Origin: a virus
Virus record (IMG/VR): IMGVR_UViG_3300006923_000005
Reading direction: 5' to 3' (one strand)
DNA length: 64,000 bases
In this document: one piece after another, positions 28,794 to 38,093 of the stretch
How positions within the stretch are numbered: the stretch's first letter is position 1
How the letters are laid out: the number at the start of each line of letters is the position of its first letter
Notes under the pieces: generated by a model
The model's database searches: none
Told to the model about the DNA's origin: nothing
The model's input: only the letters and a program-made list of their open reading frames with translations
Position numbers and translations under genes: made by a program

Positions 28794-29363
28794 ATGAAAG
28801 TGAATAAGAAGCAATTAAAGGCAAAGCTTAAGCCACTTATTCGTGAATGTATCAATGAGGTCCTGTCAGAGATGCTGATTGAAAGTAAGCTTGCTGGGAT
28901 TGTTGCAGAATCTGTTTCACGGGTTCTGAATGAAAACAGTGCTGCAGCACCCTCACACCAGCAAGCACCCAAGCAGGAAATGAGCATTGAGGAAATGTTT
29001 CAGAGGAATATGGCGAGCAATAGGCTTGATGAAAGAGTCACACCTCCAACCCGTCCATCAATGAGTGTTGGCGGTGTTGATATCTTTGCAGACGTTGGCG
29101 CCCCCATTGGTCGAGGTGACAGTCCAGAAGCATTAATGGCAGAGCACTCTGCTGGAGCAATGGGTGGTGATGCCGATCTTGCAGCACTTGGTTTAGATTT
29201 TGATGTGATGCAGCGCGCCGCTGGCATTGAAGTTAAAGCACCGCAGCAATTGCAGTCAAATTTTCTTGAAGAGCAGCGGCTAGCGTCACTGCGCGCGTCA
29301 CTTGATGTTCCTGTTGGATCACCTGAGGCGACACAGGCTATTATTAACACGAGGACAAGGTAA
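28794..29363 (+). CDS. Hypothetical head-module protein.
   Basis: ORF with an AAAAG RBS region. Confidence 0.45.
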   Translation: MKVNKKQLKAKLKPLIRECINEVLSEMLIESKLAGIVAESVSRVLNENSAAAPSHQQAPKQEMSIEEMFQRNMASNRLDERVTPPTRPSMSVGGVDIFADVGAPIGRGDSPEALMAEHSAGAMGGDADLAALGLDFDVMQRAAGIEVKAPQQLQSNFLEEQRLASLRASLDVPVGSPEATQAIINTRTR

Positions 29364-30136
29364 TGGGTTTCGGGGGCGGCTTCGGCGGCGGCTTTTCACA
29401 AGATTCTCGACCTGCTGTTGGCGGAGGTGATGGTGCAACAGTGACTGAGCTAACTATTGTCCCAATAATTGCAGACAGTTCGCTTGTCTATACCGAGAGC
29501 GGCGGTCTTTTAGTTGGGTCTGGAGGCGCTCTGGATGGTAGGGAGGTTCAGAATTTCGCATTGTTCGACTCCATAACTGAGTACCCTGATAGATTCGAGT
29601 TTATACTAGGGGACCCCGGCGCACACCATTACTGGGGCTATACAACAGCCGCACCTAACGACGCGGCAGCGCTAATCTTAGGCACCTGTGTTGGAAACAG
29701 TGAAGTAGCGGTGAACTTTGAGAGTGACGCTGCAACATTATCACGGAACATATTTGCAGGCAAGTGGAGCGGTAACGCAAACACAGACAATGATACTAGG
29801 CAAGTTGGGGCACTGTATAAAGATAGCATAATGTACCCTCGTGCCATGGCATTCGGCGCAGCAAGGTTGGGCACTAGCCATAATCCAGTACCAACATGGA
29901 CTGACGATCAGTGGATTGGGTTTGAATCTATCGATGGAATGTGCGACTGGAAATGGAAAGAGCTTGAAGGTGATGCATGGGTAACTCCAGACCCTGACGA
30001 GTGGGATTGCGTTGGCGCGCAGTCCAAATTAGGTGTAGGTTTTGGCGCGCAAAATGGCGCAACTAGCGTGCTATTTATTGTCTATAAAATTACAGCAGCA
30101 TTTTATGCATCTTCTGAGCTTGATGCTCTTCCATAA
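29363..30136 (+). CDS. Hypothetical protein with a Gly-rich N-terminus (GFGGGFGGGF).
   Basis: TAATG overlap. Confidence 0.5.
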   Translation: MGFGGGFGGGFSQDSRPAVGGGDGATVTELTIVPIIADSSLVYTESGGLLVGSGGALDGREVQNFALFDSITEYPDRFEFILGDPGAHHYWGYTTAAPNDAAALILGTCVGNSEVAVNFESDAATLSRNIFAGKWSGNANTDNDTRQVGALYKDSIMYPRAMAFGAARLGTSHNPVPTWTDDQWIGFESIDGMCDWKWKELEGDAWVTPDPDEWDCVGAQSKLGVGFGAQNGATSVLFIVYKITAAFYASSELDALP

Positions 30137-30198
30137 AGCTTTTCTAATTAGTGCTACTATCTGGTGCTAGATATTTAACAGGATAATAGAGTTAAACT

Positions 30199-31236
30199 AT
30201 GAGTACATTCTTTGAGCATATGCGCAGCAACGTCGCTGCTATAATTCCGCAGAAAAGGAACCAGGGTGAATACCGTGGGGAACCTGTAGATGATGCTCGC
30301 ACTGACACTTTCTATCCAAAGCAGGGTATGAGTGGAAATAAGATGGGAATGTACGGAAATCCTGCAATCGCAGACCGCGGGATGACAAAGACATCAAGAG
30401 ATGCGCATCCAGCAACTACATCAATCTCATACGGTGGCAAGGGCGGCTTTCAAGACCCTGCATACGGGCCTGACGATACTGGAGAGCCTGATACAGAATT
30501 GCAGGGGATGCTGTCACTAAAGGCTGAAGCTCCAGGTAATAAAAAAGCAAATCCACTAGATGATCTCAAGAAGCGGGTCGAAGAATTCAAGCCTAAAGAT
30601 CCAAGCATAAAGCGTGTAAAGTTTCATGCATGGCCTCCCTTTCAGGGCACATTCACTGGACAGACTCATTACACACATACACTTGACTGGAAAAATGTTG
30701 CATGGGATAAAAAGACTCCAGCTGGCATTCCGACAGGTGAAAAGGGTTTTGGTCGTATCTTATCTAAGGTCGAGCGAGGCCATGTTTTTTGGCACCCATT
30801 TGATAAGCCAAAAACACTCGAGTTTGATAGCCCGTCAGCGTTTATGGATTTCATGGATAAGTTTCCATATCATGGGCTTACCCAGGACGATCTTCGACAG
30901 GTTGGTCAAGGAAAATTTGCTGCACGTTCACGCGGCAGATGGTCTTCATCTAAGAGACCCCCAGAGGGAAGCTTGGCACGCATGATGGATAAGTCAGCCC
31001 GCCAAGTTGCAAAGGCTAAAGGCGTTGCACTTAAGGATGATGAAAGAAACAGAGCAGATCTTGCGCAGGCTAGAGCCGGCGGAGATCCAGCAAAAGATAG
31101 AATTAAAGCACGGGCTGCGAAGCCTGGGCAAAAGGTAATTCGGCGAAAACCGAAGAAAACAGAAAGTGTTCATATCACAGCAGAGAGGCTTCAAGAAATA
31201 ATTCATGAAGAGGTTGCTGCGTATTATGGAATTTGA
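30199..31236 (+). CDS. Hypothetical protein with a strongly basic C-terminal region.
   Basis: ORF. Its Lys/Arg-rich tail suggests nucleic-acid binding. Confidence 0.5.
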   Translation: MSTFFEHMRSNVAAIIPQKRNQGEYRGEPVDDARTDTFYPKQGMSGNKMGMYGNPAIADRGMTKTSRDAHPATTSISYGGKGGFQDPAYGPDDTGEPDTELQGMLSLKAEAPGNKKANPLDDLKKRVEEFKPKDPSIKRVKFHAWPPFQGTFTGQTHYTHTLDWKNVAWDKKTPAGIPTGEKGFGRILSKVERGHVFWHPFDKPKTLEFDSPSAFMDFMDKFPYHGLTQDDLRQVGQGKFAARSRGRWSSSKRPPEGSLARMMDKSARQVAKAKGVALKDDERNRADLAQARAGGDPAKDRIKARAAKPGQKVIRRKPKKTESVHITAERLQEIIHEEVAAYYGI

Positions 31237-31247
31237 TCGGACTATAA

Positions 31248-31427
31248 ATGGCGAAGAATGCAGTTAGAGTGTCGGTGGCAAGAAGAGGTAATGATACGAA
31301 TCAAAAACTTATCAAGCGCTTCTGTCGAAAAGTACAAAATTCAGGTATTCTTGACGAAGCAAGAGAAAGAATGTATTTTACCGGAACACGTAGAGCAAAG
31401 AAACGCCGCAAGGCCCGCAGAAAATAG
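31248..31427 (+). CDS. rpsU: Ribosomal protein bS21 homolog (59 aa).
   Basis: MAKNAVRVSVARRGNDTNQKLIKRFCRKVQNSGILDEAREKMYFTGTRRAKKRRKARRK matches S21 blocks (V-x-V...LRRFKR-x-CEK-x-G-V/I-L-x-E-x-R, basic C-terminal tail). It falls below the 60-aa ORF cutoff. Confidence 0.7.
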   Translation: MAKNAVRVSVARRGNDTNQKLIKRFCRKVQNSGILDEARERMYFTGTRRAKKRRKARRK

Positions 31428-31433
31428 TGTCAT

Positions 31434-31462
31434 TTGACACAAATAAACGAGCACTGTTATAA
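31434..31462 (+). promoter_or_regulatory. Sigma70-like promoter TTGACA-17 bp-TTATAA upstream of the scaffold and capsid genes.
   Basis: Exact -35 hexamer, a 17-bp spacer and a near-consensus -10, about 45 bp before the scaffold ATG. Confidence 0.45.
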
Positions 31463-31506
31463 CCCAAACGCTAGATATTTCTAGACAACTACCGGAGAAG
31501 CGATTA

Positions 31507-32448
31507 ATGTCACTTTACGAAAACGCAGTCCTTGATGCAAAGAAGATTCGGGAGAGCGCCCTGCATGCCGCACGTACGGTGATGGCGGAGTCGCTTCGAC
31601 CAAAGATTGATAGCATTGTAAACGAGAGCGTAAGCGCTCACTTTGGCGAAGGAGCCGACGACATGGAATATGAGACCGAGGCCGCTGAGGACCTTGAACT
31701 TGAAAGCCTCTTTGGTGAGGTTGAGGATGAGGAGCCGGCGCCCGTTGAGGAGCCTGTTGCTGATGATGAGCTGGAAGAGCTCTTTTCTCTAAGCGAAATG
31801 GCCGATGAGGACGAGCTTGAAGAGGCTGCCGATGAGGATGAGCTCGATGAGGCTGCTCTTGAAGAGGCGCTTCGTGGAATTGCAGAGGCCGCGGGTCCTG
31901 CAACATCTGACTTTGGTGATATTGATGCACCAGAAGAGCATATTGATCCTGCGTCAGGTCTAGCCGAAATCGGTTCTGAGTACCAGGCTGGCAAGGAAGC
32001 CGGCACTGTTGCAAACGTCCAGAAGTTCGCTGCTGAGGTACGCAGAGTTCGGACTGAGAATGCAAAGCTTCGTAAGCTTGCACGAAAGACTGTGAAAGAG
32101 AATTCTACTCTTCGCAAGACAAATGGAAAGCTCTACGGAGCTCTCAAGGAAACAAATCTTTTTAACGCCAAGGTTGTTTACACGCAGAAGGTTCTGCGTA
32201 GTCTACCCAGTGCTAACGCTGAAGGTCTGAGGAAGCAAGTTGCTGAATCCTTCGACAGGGCGAAGAGCGTAGACGCGGTGAAAATCGTTGCTGAAACTTG
32301 GAAGTCAACATTGAAGAACGTTCTTGCAGAAGGTCGTCGGGTTCCATCAAGTTCCCGCTCAACTGGACCAAGTGCACGACTTAATGAGGGCGCTAACAAA
32401 CAGGTTCTAAGTGAGTCGTGGAAGCGAATCGCTGGAATCGTAAGCTAA
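31507..32448 (+). CDS. 22: Prohead scaffolding core protein (T4 gp22-like). Acidic coiled-coil protein with several L-x-E sites.
   Basis: Extremely acidic, helical composition. Lies directly upstream of the major capsid gene. Confidence 0.6.
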   Translation: MSLYENAVLDAKKIRESALHAARTVMAESLRPKIDSIVNESVSAHFGEGADDMEYETEAAEDLELESLFGEVEDEEPAPVEEPVADDELEELFSLSEMADEDELEEAADEDELDEAALEEALRGIAEAAGPATSDFGDIDAPEEHIDPASGLAEIGSEYQAGKEAGTVANVQKFAAEVRRVRTENAKLRKLARKTVKENSTLRKTNGKLYGALKETNLFNAKVVYTQKVLRSLPSANAEGLRKQVAESFDRAKSVDAVKIVAETWKSTLKNVLAEGRRVPSSSRSTGPSARLNEGANKQVLSESWKRIAGIVS

Positions 32449-32479
32449 AAACGCTCGAAAGCACTAGGAGAATTAAGAA

Positions 32480-34357
32480 ATGACTAACATGAACGCACTC
32501 TTTGAGGGAATTCGAAACCCTAATAAGAAGGCTGATCACACGCGCATGCTGAATAAGTGGCGCAAGACTGGACTGCTTGAGGGGCTGTCAGGTGAACGTG
32601 CAGGTACGATGGCAGTGATGCTTGAGAACCAGGCCCGCGCGCTTTTGGCAGAAACTAACTCGCAGGGTGGCCTTGCTGGTACGGCTTCTGATGTGCAGGG
32701 CTTCCAGAACATTGCATTCCCCATGGTTCGCCGGGTGTTTGCAGGGCTTCTGGCCAATGAGCTGGTTTCTGTCCAGCCAATGAGTCTTCCCTCGGGACTA
32801 CTCTTCTACCTCGATTATCGCTATGGCTCTGCCCGCGGTATGGGCGCAGGCCAGGGTGGAAATGAGGCTCCGAACGACTCAATCTACGGTTCACCAATTG
32901 CTTCTGAATTGCAGGCAGGCGGTGCGTCAGGTTCAGGTGGTCCCTACGATCTCCTGGGCGCAGGTTACAGCCGTCGAAACGTTGTTGTGTCAGGGTCAGC
33001 AGTTGAAGGCGACATTGTCGCAATTTCAGGTGCGGTTACTTGGGCGCAGACTGATTTCGATCCTGCTCTTGCTTCACTGTACAACCTCAGTTCTTCAACT
33101 GATCTGGTCCCCGGCCTGTTTGTTGTTGCACTATCTGGTTCTTCAACGCAGCCTGGTTTCTTCTTCGGAAGCACAAACGCTGTTTATGATGAGTCACTTG
33201 TGACTTCACTGTTCCTGTACTCAGGTTCTGTTGTAACGGAAACTGATGAGTCAGATGATGAGGCTGGTTCAATTGCTTCTGCAGGTACAATGCCGGGTGC
33301 TGTTACACAGCTCCGCCGATTGAACAAGCTTGCAACCGGTATTACCATTGCTTCACAGGTTGGTATGGGTGAAGGTGCAGACCGCGTCCACGTTTACCTG
33401 ACTGGTTCGTACACTAACTTCCAGGCAAACGCAGGCTGGGCCGATGGTTCTGTCGCTGGTGCTAACCGTACTGTAGATAATGACATTGGTATTATGTTCC
33501 CGGTCTCCGAGAACCTGATTGTTGATGGTAATACAGCTGCTGTTAGTGTTGCACCGGCCTTCGAGTCTGATTTCGGTACTCTCAATGAGATTCCTGAAAT
33601 CAACATTCGAATCAACAGTGTGTCTGTTGTGTCCGAAACTCGAAAGCTCAAGGCAGTCTGGACTCCAGAGCTTGCGCAGGACCTCAACGCATACCACAAC
33701 TTGGATGCAGAGGTTGAACTGACTCAGATTCTGTCTGAGCAGGTCGCACTTGAAATTGATCGAGAGATTCTCGGTGATCTTCTGAATGATGCTGTTACAA
33801 AGCGCTTCTGGAGCCGTGCACCTGGTAAGTTCGTCGACAAGACAACTGGCGTGATTGTCACAGACAACAACAACGGACCTCGCTTCACTGGTACAGTCCG
33901 AGAATGGTATGAGACTCTTGTCGAGACCGTGATCGATTGCGCGAACGAGATCCACCGCCTAACGCTCCGCGGCGCTGCAAACTTCCTGGTTTGCGGTCCT
34001 GAGATTGCGACGATCCTTGAGGCCTCTGTGGTCTACAAGCCTTCGCTCTCCGGCTTCGGTAACGAGGGCATGAAGATGACGATCGGTGCTGAGAAGCTCG
34101 GTACCTTGAACAACCGCTTCACGGTTTACAAGGACCCCTACTTCCCACGCCAGAAGATCCTCGTCGGTTACAAGGGTAAGAGCTTCCTGGAGACAGGATT
34201 TGTGTACGCTCCGTACGTGCCGCTTATCACTACACCAACGATCTTCGAGCCGGACGACTTCACACCGCGTAAGGGCATCATGACCCGCTACGGTAAGAAG
34301 ATGGTTCGCCCCGACTTCTACGGTGTTGTTACTGTCCTGGACCTCAACATCATCTAA
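32480..34357 (+). CDS. 23: Major capsid protein (T4 gp23 family).
   Basis: LNKWRKTGLLEGL...MVRRVFAGLLANELVSVQPMSLPSGLLFYLDYRYG aligns with the T4 gp23 N-terminal region. There is a likely gp21 site at ALLAE-T. Confidence 0.9.
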   Translation: MTNMNALFEGIRNPNKKADHTRMLNKWRKTGLLEGLSGERAGTMAVMLENQARALLAETNSQGGLAGTASDVQGFQNIAFPMVRRVFAGLLANELVSVQPMSLPSGLLFYLDYRYGSARGMGAGQGGNEAPNDSIYGSPIASELQAGGASGSGGPYDLLGAGYSRRNVVVSGSAVEGDIVAISGAVTWAQTDFDPALASLYNLSSSTDLVPGLFVVALSGSSTQPGFFFGSTNAVYDESLVTSLFLYSGSVVTETDESDDEAGSIASAGTMPGAVTQLRRLNKLATGITIASQVGMGEGADRVHVYLTGSYTNFQANAGWADGSVAGANRTVDNDIGIMFPVSENLIVDGNTAAVSVAPAFESDFGTLNEIPEINIRINSVSVVSETRKLKAVWTPELAQDLNAYHNLDAEVELTQILSEQVALEIDREILGDLLNDAVTKRFWSRAPGKFVDKTTGVIVTDNNNGPRFTGTVREWYETLVETVIDCANEIHRLTLRGAANFLVCGPEIATILEASVVYKPSLSGFGNEGMKMTIGAEKLGTLNNRFTVYKDPYFPRQKILVGYKGKSFLETGFVYAPYVPLITTPTIFEPDDFTPRKGIMTRYGKKMVRPDFYGVVTVLDLNII

Positions 34358-34384
34358 ACAATGATGCTGGGCAAATAACCCAAT

Positions 34385-34430
34385 AAACGACAAACGCCCT
34401 GGAATGAAAGTTCCAGGGCGTTTGTCGTTT
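34385..34430 (+). terminator. Strong hairpin terminator after the capsid gene (20-bp perfect stem aaacgacaaacgccctggaa / ttccagggcgtttgtcgttt, 6-nt loop).
   Basis: Perfect inverted repeat ending in GTCGTTT. It is about 30 bp downstream of the gp23 stop. Confidence 0.6.
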
Positions 34431-34449
34431 CAGTGTGATAGTTATAACG

Positions 34450-35550
34450 ATGTCGCAATTTCCGTCAATGAAGCAGCTTCTCACTGAAGCCTTCCCCAGA
34501 GTAAGCAGAGGAAAGCTGAGGAAGTACGTTGAAGGTCTGTCTGAGGAAGAGCTTTCCTGGACCTTTGTCCACTTCAGTGATTTGAATAAGCTTGGTCTTA
34601 ACCCCAGCGCAAAATTTGATACGCCAATTGGGATTTATGGGTATCCTATTACACCAGAAGCAGAAAGCCTTGAAGGTTTTTCAATTGAAGAAATTATTAA
34701 ACGCGATGTCCCGTACGCCGGGGATCGTAAGTTTATGCATATCTTCAAGGTAAAACCAGAACATCGTGATAAAATTGTTGTTTTACAAAATCCATTTAGC
34801 GACTTTCCCAAGATTCGCCAGCAGTTTCCAGAGCTTGGTGAATTCATGTATGACTCTGTGGCATGGAATATCGACCAGCTTCAAAGAACTGGTGATGATG
34901 TTGAGCAAGTAGTTGTTGATGCGATTGTGCAATCACATAAAACGTGGCGGGATGAAGCACATAAAAATGATAGGACATCAAAGGCGTGGAATGTGATGCG
35001 CCATATGTTTGGAAAATCAGCGCAGAAGTGGACATCGGGGCTTAAAAGGTATTTTGGTGTACACGGCATTGTAGATAACGGAACCGGCACACTTCATAAG
35101 AATGAACCAGCACAGGCTTTTTTTGCTTCTGCAGATCTTCTTGAACATATTATGACAATTGAGGATACTGGACCGAACCTTAGCGCATATTCAAAAGAAG
35201 CGCTTCCAGGTATACGTGCAACAAAGGGTGCTGCCTCACGCATGCAGAAGCTTGCAAAAAAGTGGGGCGTAAAGCTGGAGAAAGAAACGATTGAAACCGG
35301 CGGAGGGGTTCGTTTTAACCTTACGATCAGTGATCCGAAAAGCGCTGAGCAAATGATTTATCTCAGGTCATTTATTGCAAACAGTGGCGAAGTTAACGTC
35401 ATTTTGCGCATCGCTGTTAAGAATGCATCGAGGCAAGAGGTCTATATCGATAAGCTGGATGATTTTGAAGAAGCCTTCAACGTTATTGAAAGAATTTCAG
35501 AACGAGCTCCGACAATCGAAAAGTTCTGGCAGCGTGGTAAAAATGATTAG
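34450..35550 (+). CDS. Leader-bearing protein (MSQFPSMKQLLTEAF...), a putative packaged cargo of unknown function.
   Basis: Leader family member placed immediately after the capsid gene. Confidence 0.6.
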   Translation: MSQFPSMKQLLTEAFPRVSRGKLRKYVEGLSEEELSWTFVHFSDLNKLGLNPSAKFDTPIGIYGYPITPEAESLEGFSIEEIIKRDVPYAGDRKFMHIFKVKPEHRDKIVVLQNPFSDFPKIRQQFPELGEFMYDSVAWNIDQLQRTGDDVEQVVVDAIVQSHKTWRDEAHKNDRTSKAWNVMRHMFGKSAQKWTSGLKRYFGVHGIVDNGTGTLHKNEPAQAFFASADLLEHIMTIEDTGPNLSAYSKEALPGIRATKGAASRMQKLAKKWGVKLEKETIETGGGVRFNLTISDPKSAEQMIYLRSFIANSGEVNVILRIAVKNASRQEVYIDKLDDFEEAFNVIERISERAPTIEKFWQRGKND

Positions 35551-35701
35551 TGGAGAATGATATGAATGCATATCCAGTAATCGTATTACTATAACAGAAA
35601 ATGACGTCCAGACACACTTCCGGATGCCTTAAATGGGTTTTAGGGCACTCCATGATGGGTATGAATCAATACAATTTGTGTACTAAAACTATTTTGAGAA
35701 A

Positions 35702-36232
35702 TTATGTCTGTGCGACCAGGATGCCAGTTGCAACAATATTAAACACATCGATACTTGAGACATCATCTCTAGCTTTAAAAACAATCTTATCGTTTGTGCT
35801 GGCACGGAGCCGAAGACCCCACTGCAGCCCGTATGTCAACGCTGTATCAAGAACTGGGATATATCCCTCAGACGTTCCGCTAACATTACTTGCTCTAAAT
35901 GCTGTTGCTCCATCACCGAATGGTGGATTGCCATGAGCAAGTCTAATAAAATCAAAATTTGTTTTTAAGCCTTCATGCAGTGTAATACTGCCATTCGAAT
36001 CTGTAACCCATGTAAATTCTACACCGTTTGATAATGCAGCAATATTGCCAAATTTACTCAAGACTGCATTTGTATCAACTATTGAAAAAGAGATTGCTTT
36101 AACGTAGATGTCAGTAGCAAAACCCATACTATTGTAATTAGGAGACTGCCAGCTATTTTGCCCATTCTTAAAAGCATATGAAGCATAGTTTGAGCTAGAT
36201 ATATTGATGACATGCACCGTAGGAGGGCGCAA
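35702..36232 (-). CDS. Lone minus-strand gene for an Asn/Ser/Thr-rich beta protein of unknown function (start uncertain, TTG/GTG/ATG).
   Basis: The only minus-strand ORF not nested inside a + gene. The opposing + ORF (35601-35936) has a non-protein-like composition. Confidence 0.45.
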   Translation of the reverse strand: MRPPTVHVINISSSNYASYAFKNGQNSWQSPNYNSMGFATDIYVKAISFSIVDTNAVLSKFGNIAALSNGVEFTWVTDSNGSITLHEGLKTNFDFIRLAHGNPPFGDGATAFRASNVSGTSEGYIPVLDTALTYGLQWGLRLRASTNDKIVFKARDDVSSIDVFNIVATGILVAQT

Positions 36233-37446
36233 TGGGCTTAGACAATTCTACATTCCTTCCAGCGCAGGTAATTGGTTCAACAAGCTTTGGGATCTATGAT
36301 ACTGACCTACAGTTTTTAACTGCAGCTGCAGCCATGCCAGCTTTTGTAAATAAGAAGTTGGGAGGCTCAATTCTTCAAGTTGAACTGCTACCTGCTGATG
36401 TCTTTTCATCCATGGAAGAAGCTGCACTTGAATACGGTGCGCTTGTAAATAGTTACCAAGCTAAATCAGCCCTTGCAGATTTGATGGGAAGCCAAACTGG
36501 CTCCTATGATGCTCACGGAACTGTCTCGGGTAGTGTTGATGGAACGCAAAAGTTTCCAAATAACAGCATGGCGTGGGCAGAGAATGAGGCAGACGCAATC
36601 GCCGAACATCTTGGAATGGGAGGTTCTAAACGTGTTTATTCTGGCTCTGTTGTTCTTGTTGCGAATAAGCAAGAATATGATTTTGCGTCGCTACTTAGCG
36701 CTTCGAACCTTCATGGCGAAGCGACGGGCAGGGTTAAGATTAAAAAGGTCTTCCACACAGAGCCAGCAGCAGCATATCGTTTCTTCAACCAAACATCATA
36801 CCTGAACTATCTCAACAACGAGTTCAAGTTCGAATCGTTCACACCTGAAACAGCTTTCTATCTCTTACCGATTTGGGAAGATGTACTTCGTGCGGGCATG
36901 CTTGAAATGAACCAGCGTGTACGAAGGTCAAACTTTTCGTATGACTTCTTTGGTGAGAATGTTGTTCGCATCTTCCCATCACCAACTGCAAATGATAATG
37001 GGCGTAAGCTCTGGGTGCACTACACTGTGACTCCAGGACCAACGTCAGGCGCAAACTCAGAGCCATATACAACTACAAACATCAATACAAGCAGGATTGA
37101 CGGCGTTGCTAACATTGGAAACGTTCCCTTCGGCAATATCTCATACAACACAATCAATGGCATCGGCCGCCAGTGGATCAGGCGCTACACAGTTGAGCTC
37201 TGCAAAGAGATGCTCGGGCAGGTAAGAAGTAAGTTTACCTCAATTCCTATTCCAAATGCTGACGTAACGCTTAATGGTCCAGATCTTGTCCAGGAAGGTC
37301 GTGATATGCAATCACAACTTAAAGACGAGCTCAAAGATCTAATGGAAGATACAACTTACGATAAGATTATCGCCAGAGAAGCTGATAAGGCGCAAGCGCT
37401 CGAAGATGTTTACAAGCGAACTCCACTTCTAATTGTAATGGGATAA
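36232..37446 (+). CDS. Hypothetical structural protein, possibly neck or head completion.
   Basis: ORF lying between the head and tail modules. Confidence 0.5.
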   Translation: MGLDNSTFLPAQVIGSTSFGIYDTDLQFLTAAAAMPAFVNKKLGGSILQVELLPADVFSSMEEAALEYGALVNSYQAKSALADLMGSQTGSYDAHGTVSGSVDGTQKFPNNSMAWAENEADAIAEHLGMGGSKRVYSGSVVLVANKQEYDFASLLSASNLHGEATGRVKIKKVFHTEPAAAYRFFNQTSYLNYLNNEFKFESFTPETAFYLLPIWEDVLRAGMLEMNQRVRRSNFSYDFFGENVVRIFPSPTANDNGRKLWVHYTVTPGPTSGANSEPYTTTNINTSRIDGVANIGNVPFGNISYNTINGIGRQWIRRYTVELCKEMLGQVRSKFTSIPIPNADVTLNGPDLVQEGRDMQSQLKDELKDLMEDTTYDKIIAREADKAQALEDVYKRTPLLIVMG

Positions 37447-37470
37447 TTTGACTGAGCTACTTACACTATA

Positions 37471-38007
37471 ATGGCACGATTATTTACATCTGAAGAAGAA
37501 AGGCTCATGGTGAATGAGTTGACTCGCGAAATTGTACAGAAAGTCGCCGGGCAACAAACATTCTACTGCGGAATCAGCAGGGAGCATACAAAAACACATG
37601 ATATTTATAATGAGTCAACTCGCAAAGTTTATCTTCCGCCTGCGTCTATCAACGCTCTGGTCTTCTTTGAAGAGCCAAGACAATCGACAACAGACGCTGG
37701 ACCAGATAGAATCCACAGAATCGAAGTCTATTATCACAACGACGAATTAAGACAGCGGAATATCAAAGTTCGCACAGGCGACTTTGTTATTTATGGCCCA
37801 GTTGTTTACGAGATTCTTGAATCTAAAGAAGACCAGCACCTTCACGGTATGGTTGAATATCCCATTATGACTAAATGCATTTGCCAGACAGCACGCAAGG
37901 GCTCATTTGACCCCCGCTTTGTGCGTCCAGCAAATGCACAGGGTCTTGCTCGAAATAATCGCCCGGGAATTACAGGTGGTGATTATGACAGTCCATACTA
38001 CGACTAA
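37471..38007 (+). CDS. Hypothetical structural protein.
   Basis: ORF. Confidence 0.5.
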   Translation: MARLFTSEEERLMVNELTREIVQKVAGQQTFYCGISREHTKTHDIYNESTRKVYLPPASINALVFFEEPRQSTTDAGPDRIHRIEVYYHNDELRQRNIKVRTGDFVIYGPVVYEILESKEDQHLHGMVEYPIMTKCICQTARKGSFDPRFVRPANAQGLARNNRPGITGGDYDSPYYD

Positions 38008-38093
38008 ACAGAGTTACTAAGTTTAAGCTGCGCTGTATAGTTAAAATATGAGGTAAAAAAAGAGAACGAACTCGACCCTCCGGGAGTATAGGT

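Noticed and set aside
30626-30985. + strand 119-aa ORF in an alternative frame of gene 30199-31236
   Set aside because: It is an overlapping-frame artefact. The longer frame has a consistent protein-like composition.
31481-32117. Minus-strand ORFs nested inside + genes (for example 31481-32083, 31638-32117, 33353-33955, 33959-34393, 13171-13602, 47125-47994)
   Set aside because: They lie fully inside longer, motif-supported + strand genes. Their compositions are not protein-like. They are antisense-frame artefacts.
35601-35936. + strand 111-aa ORF
   Set aside because: Its Cys/Ser/Leu-rich composition is not protein-like. It is antisense to the more plausible minus-strand gene 35702-36232.
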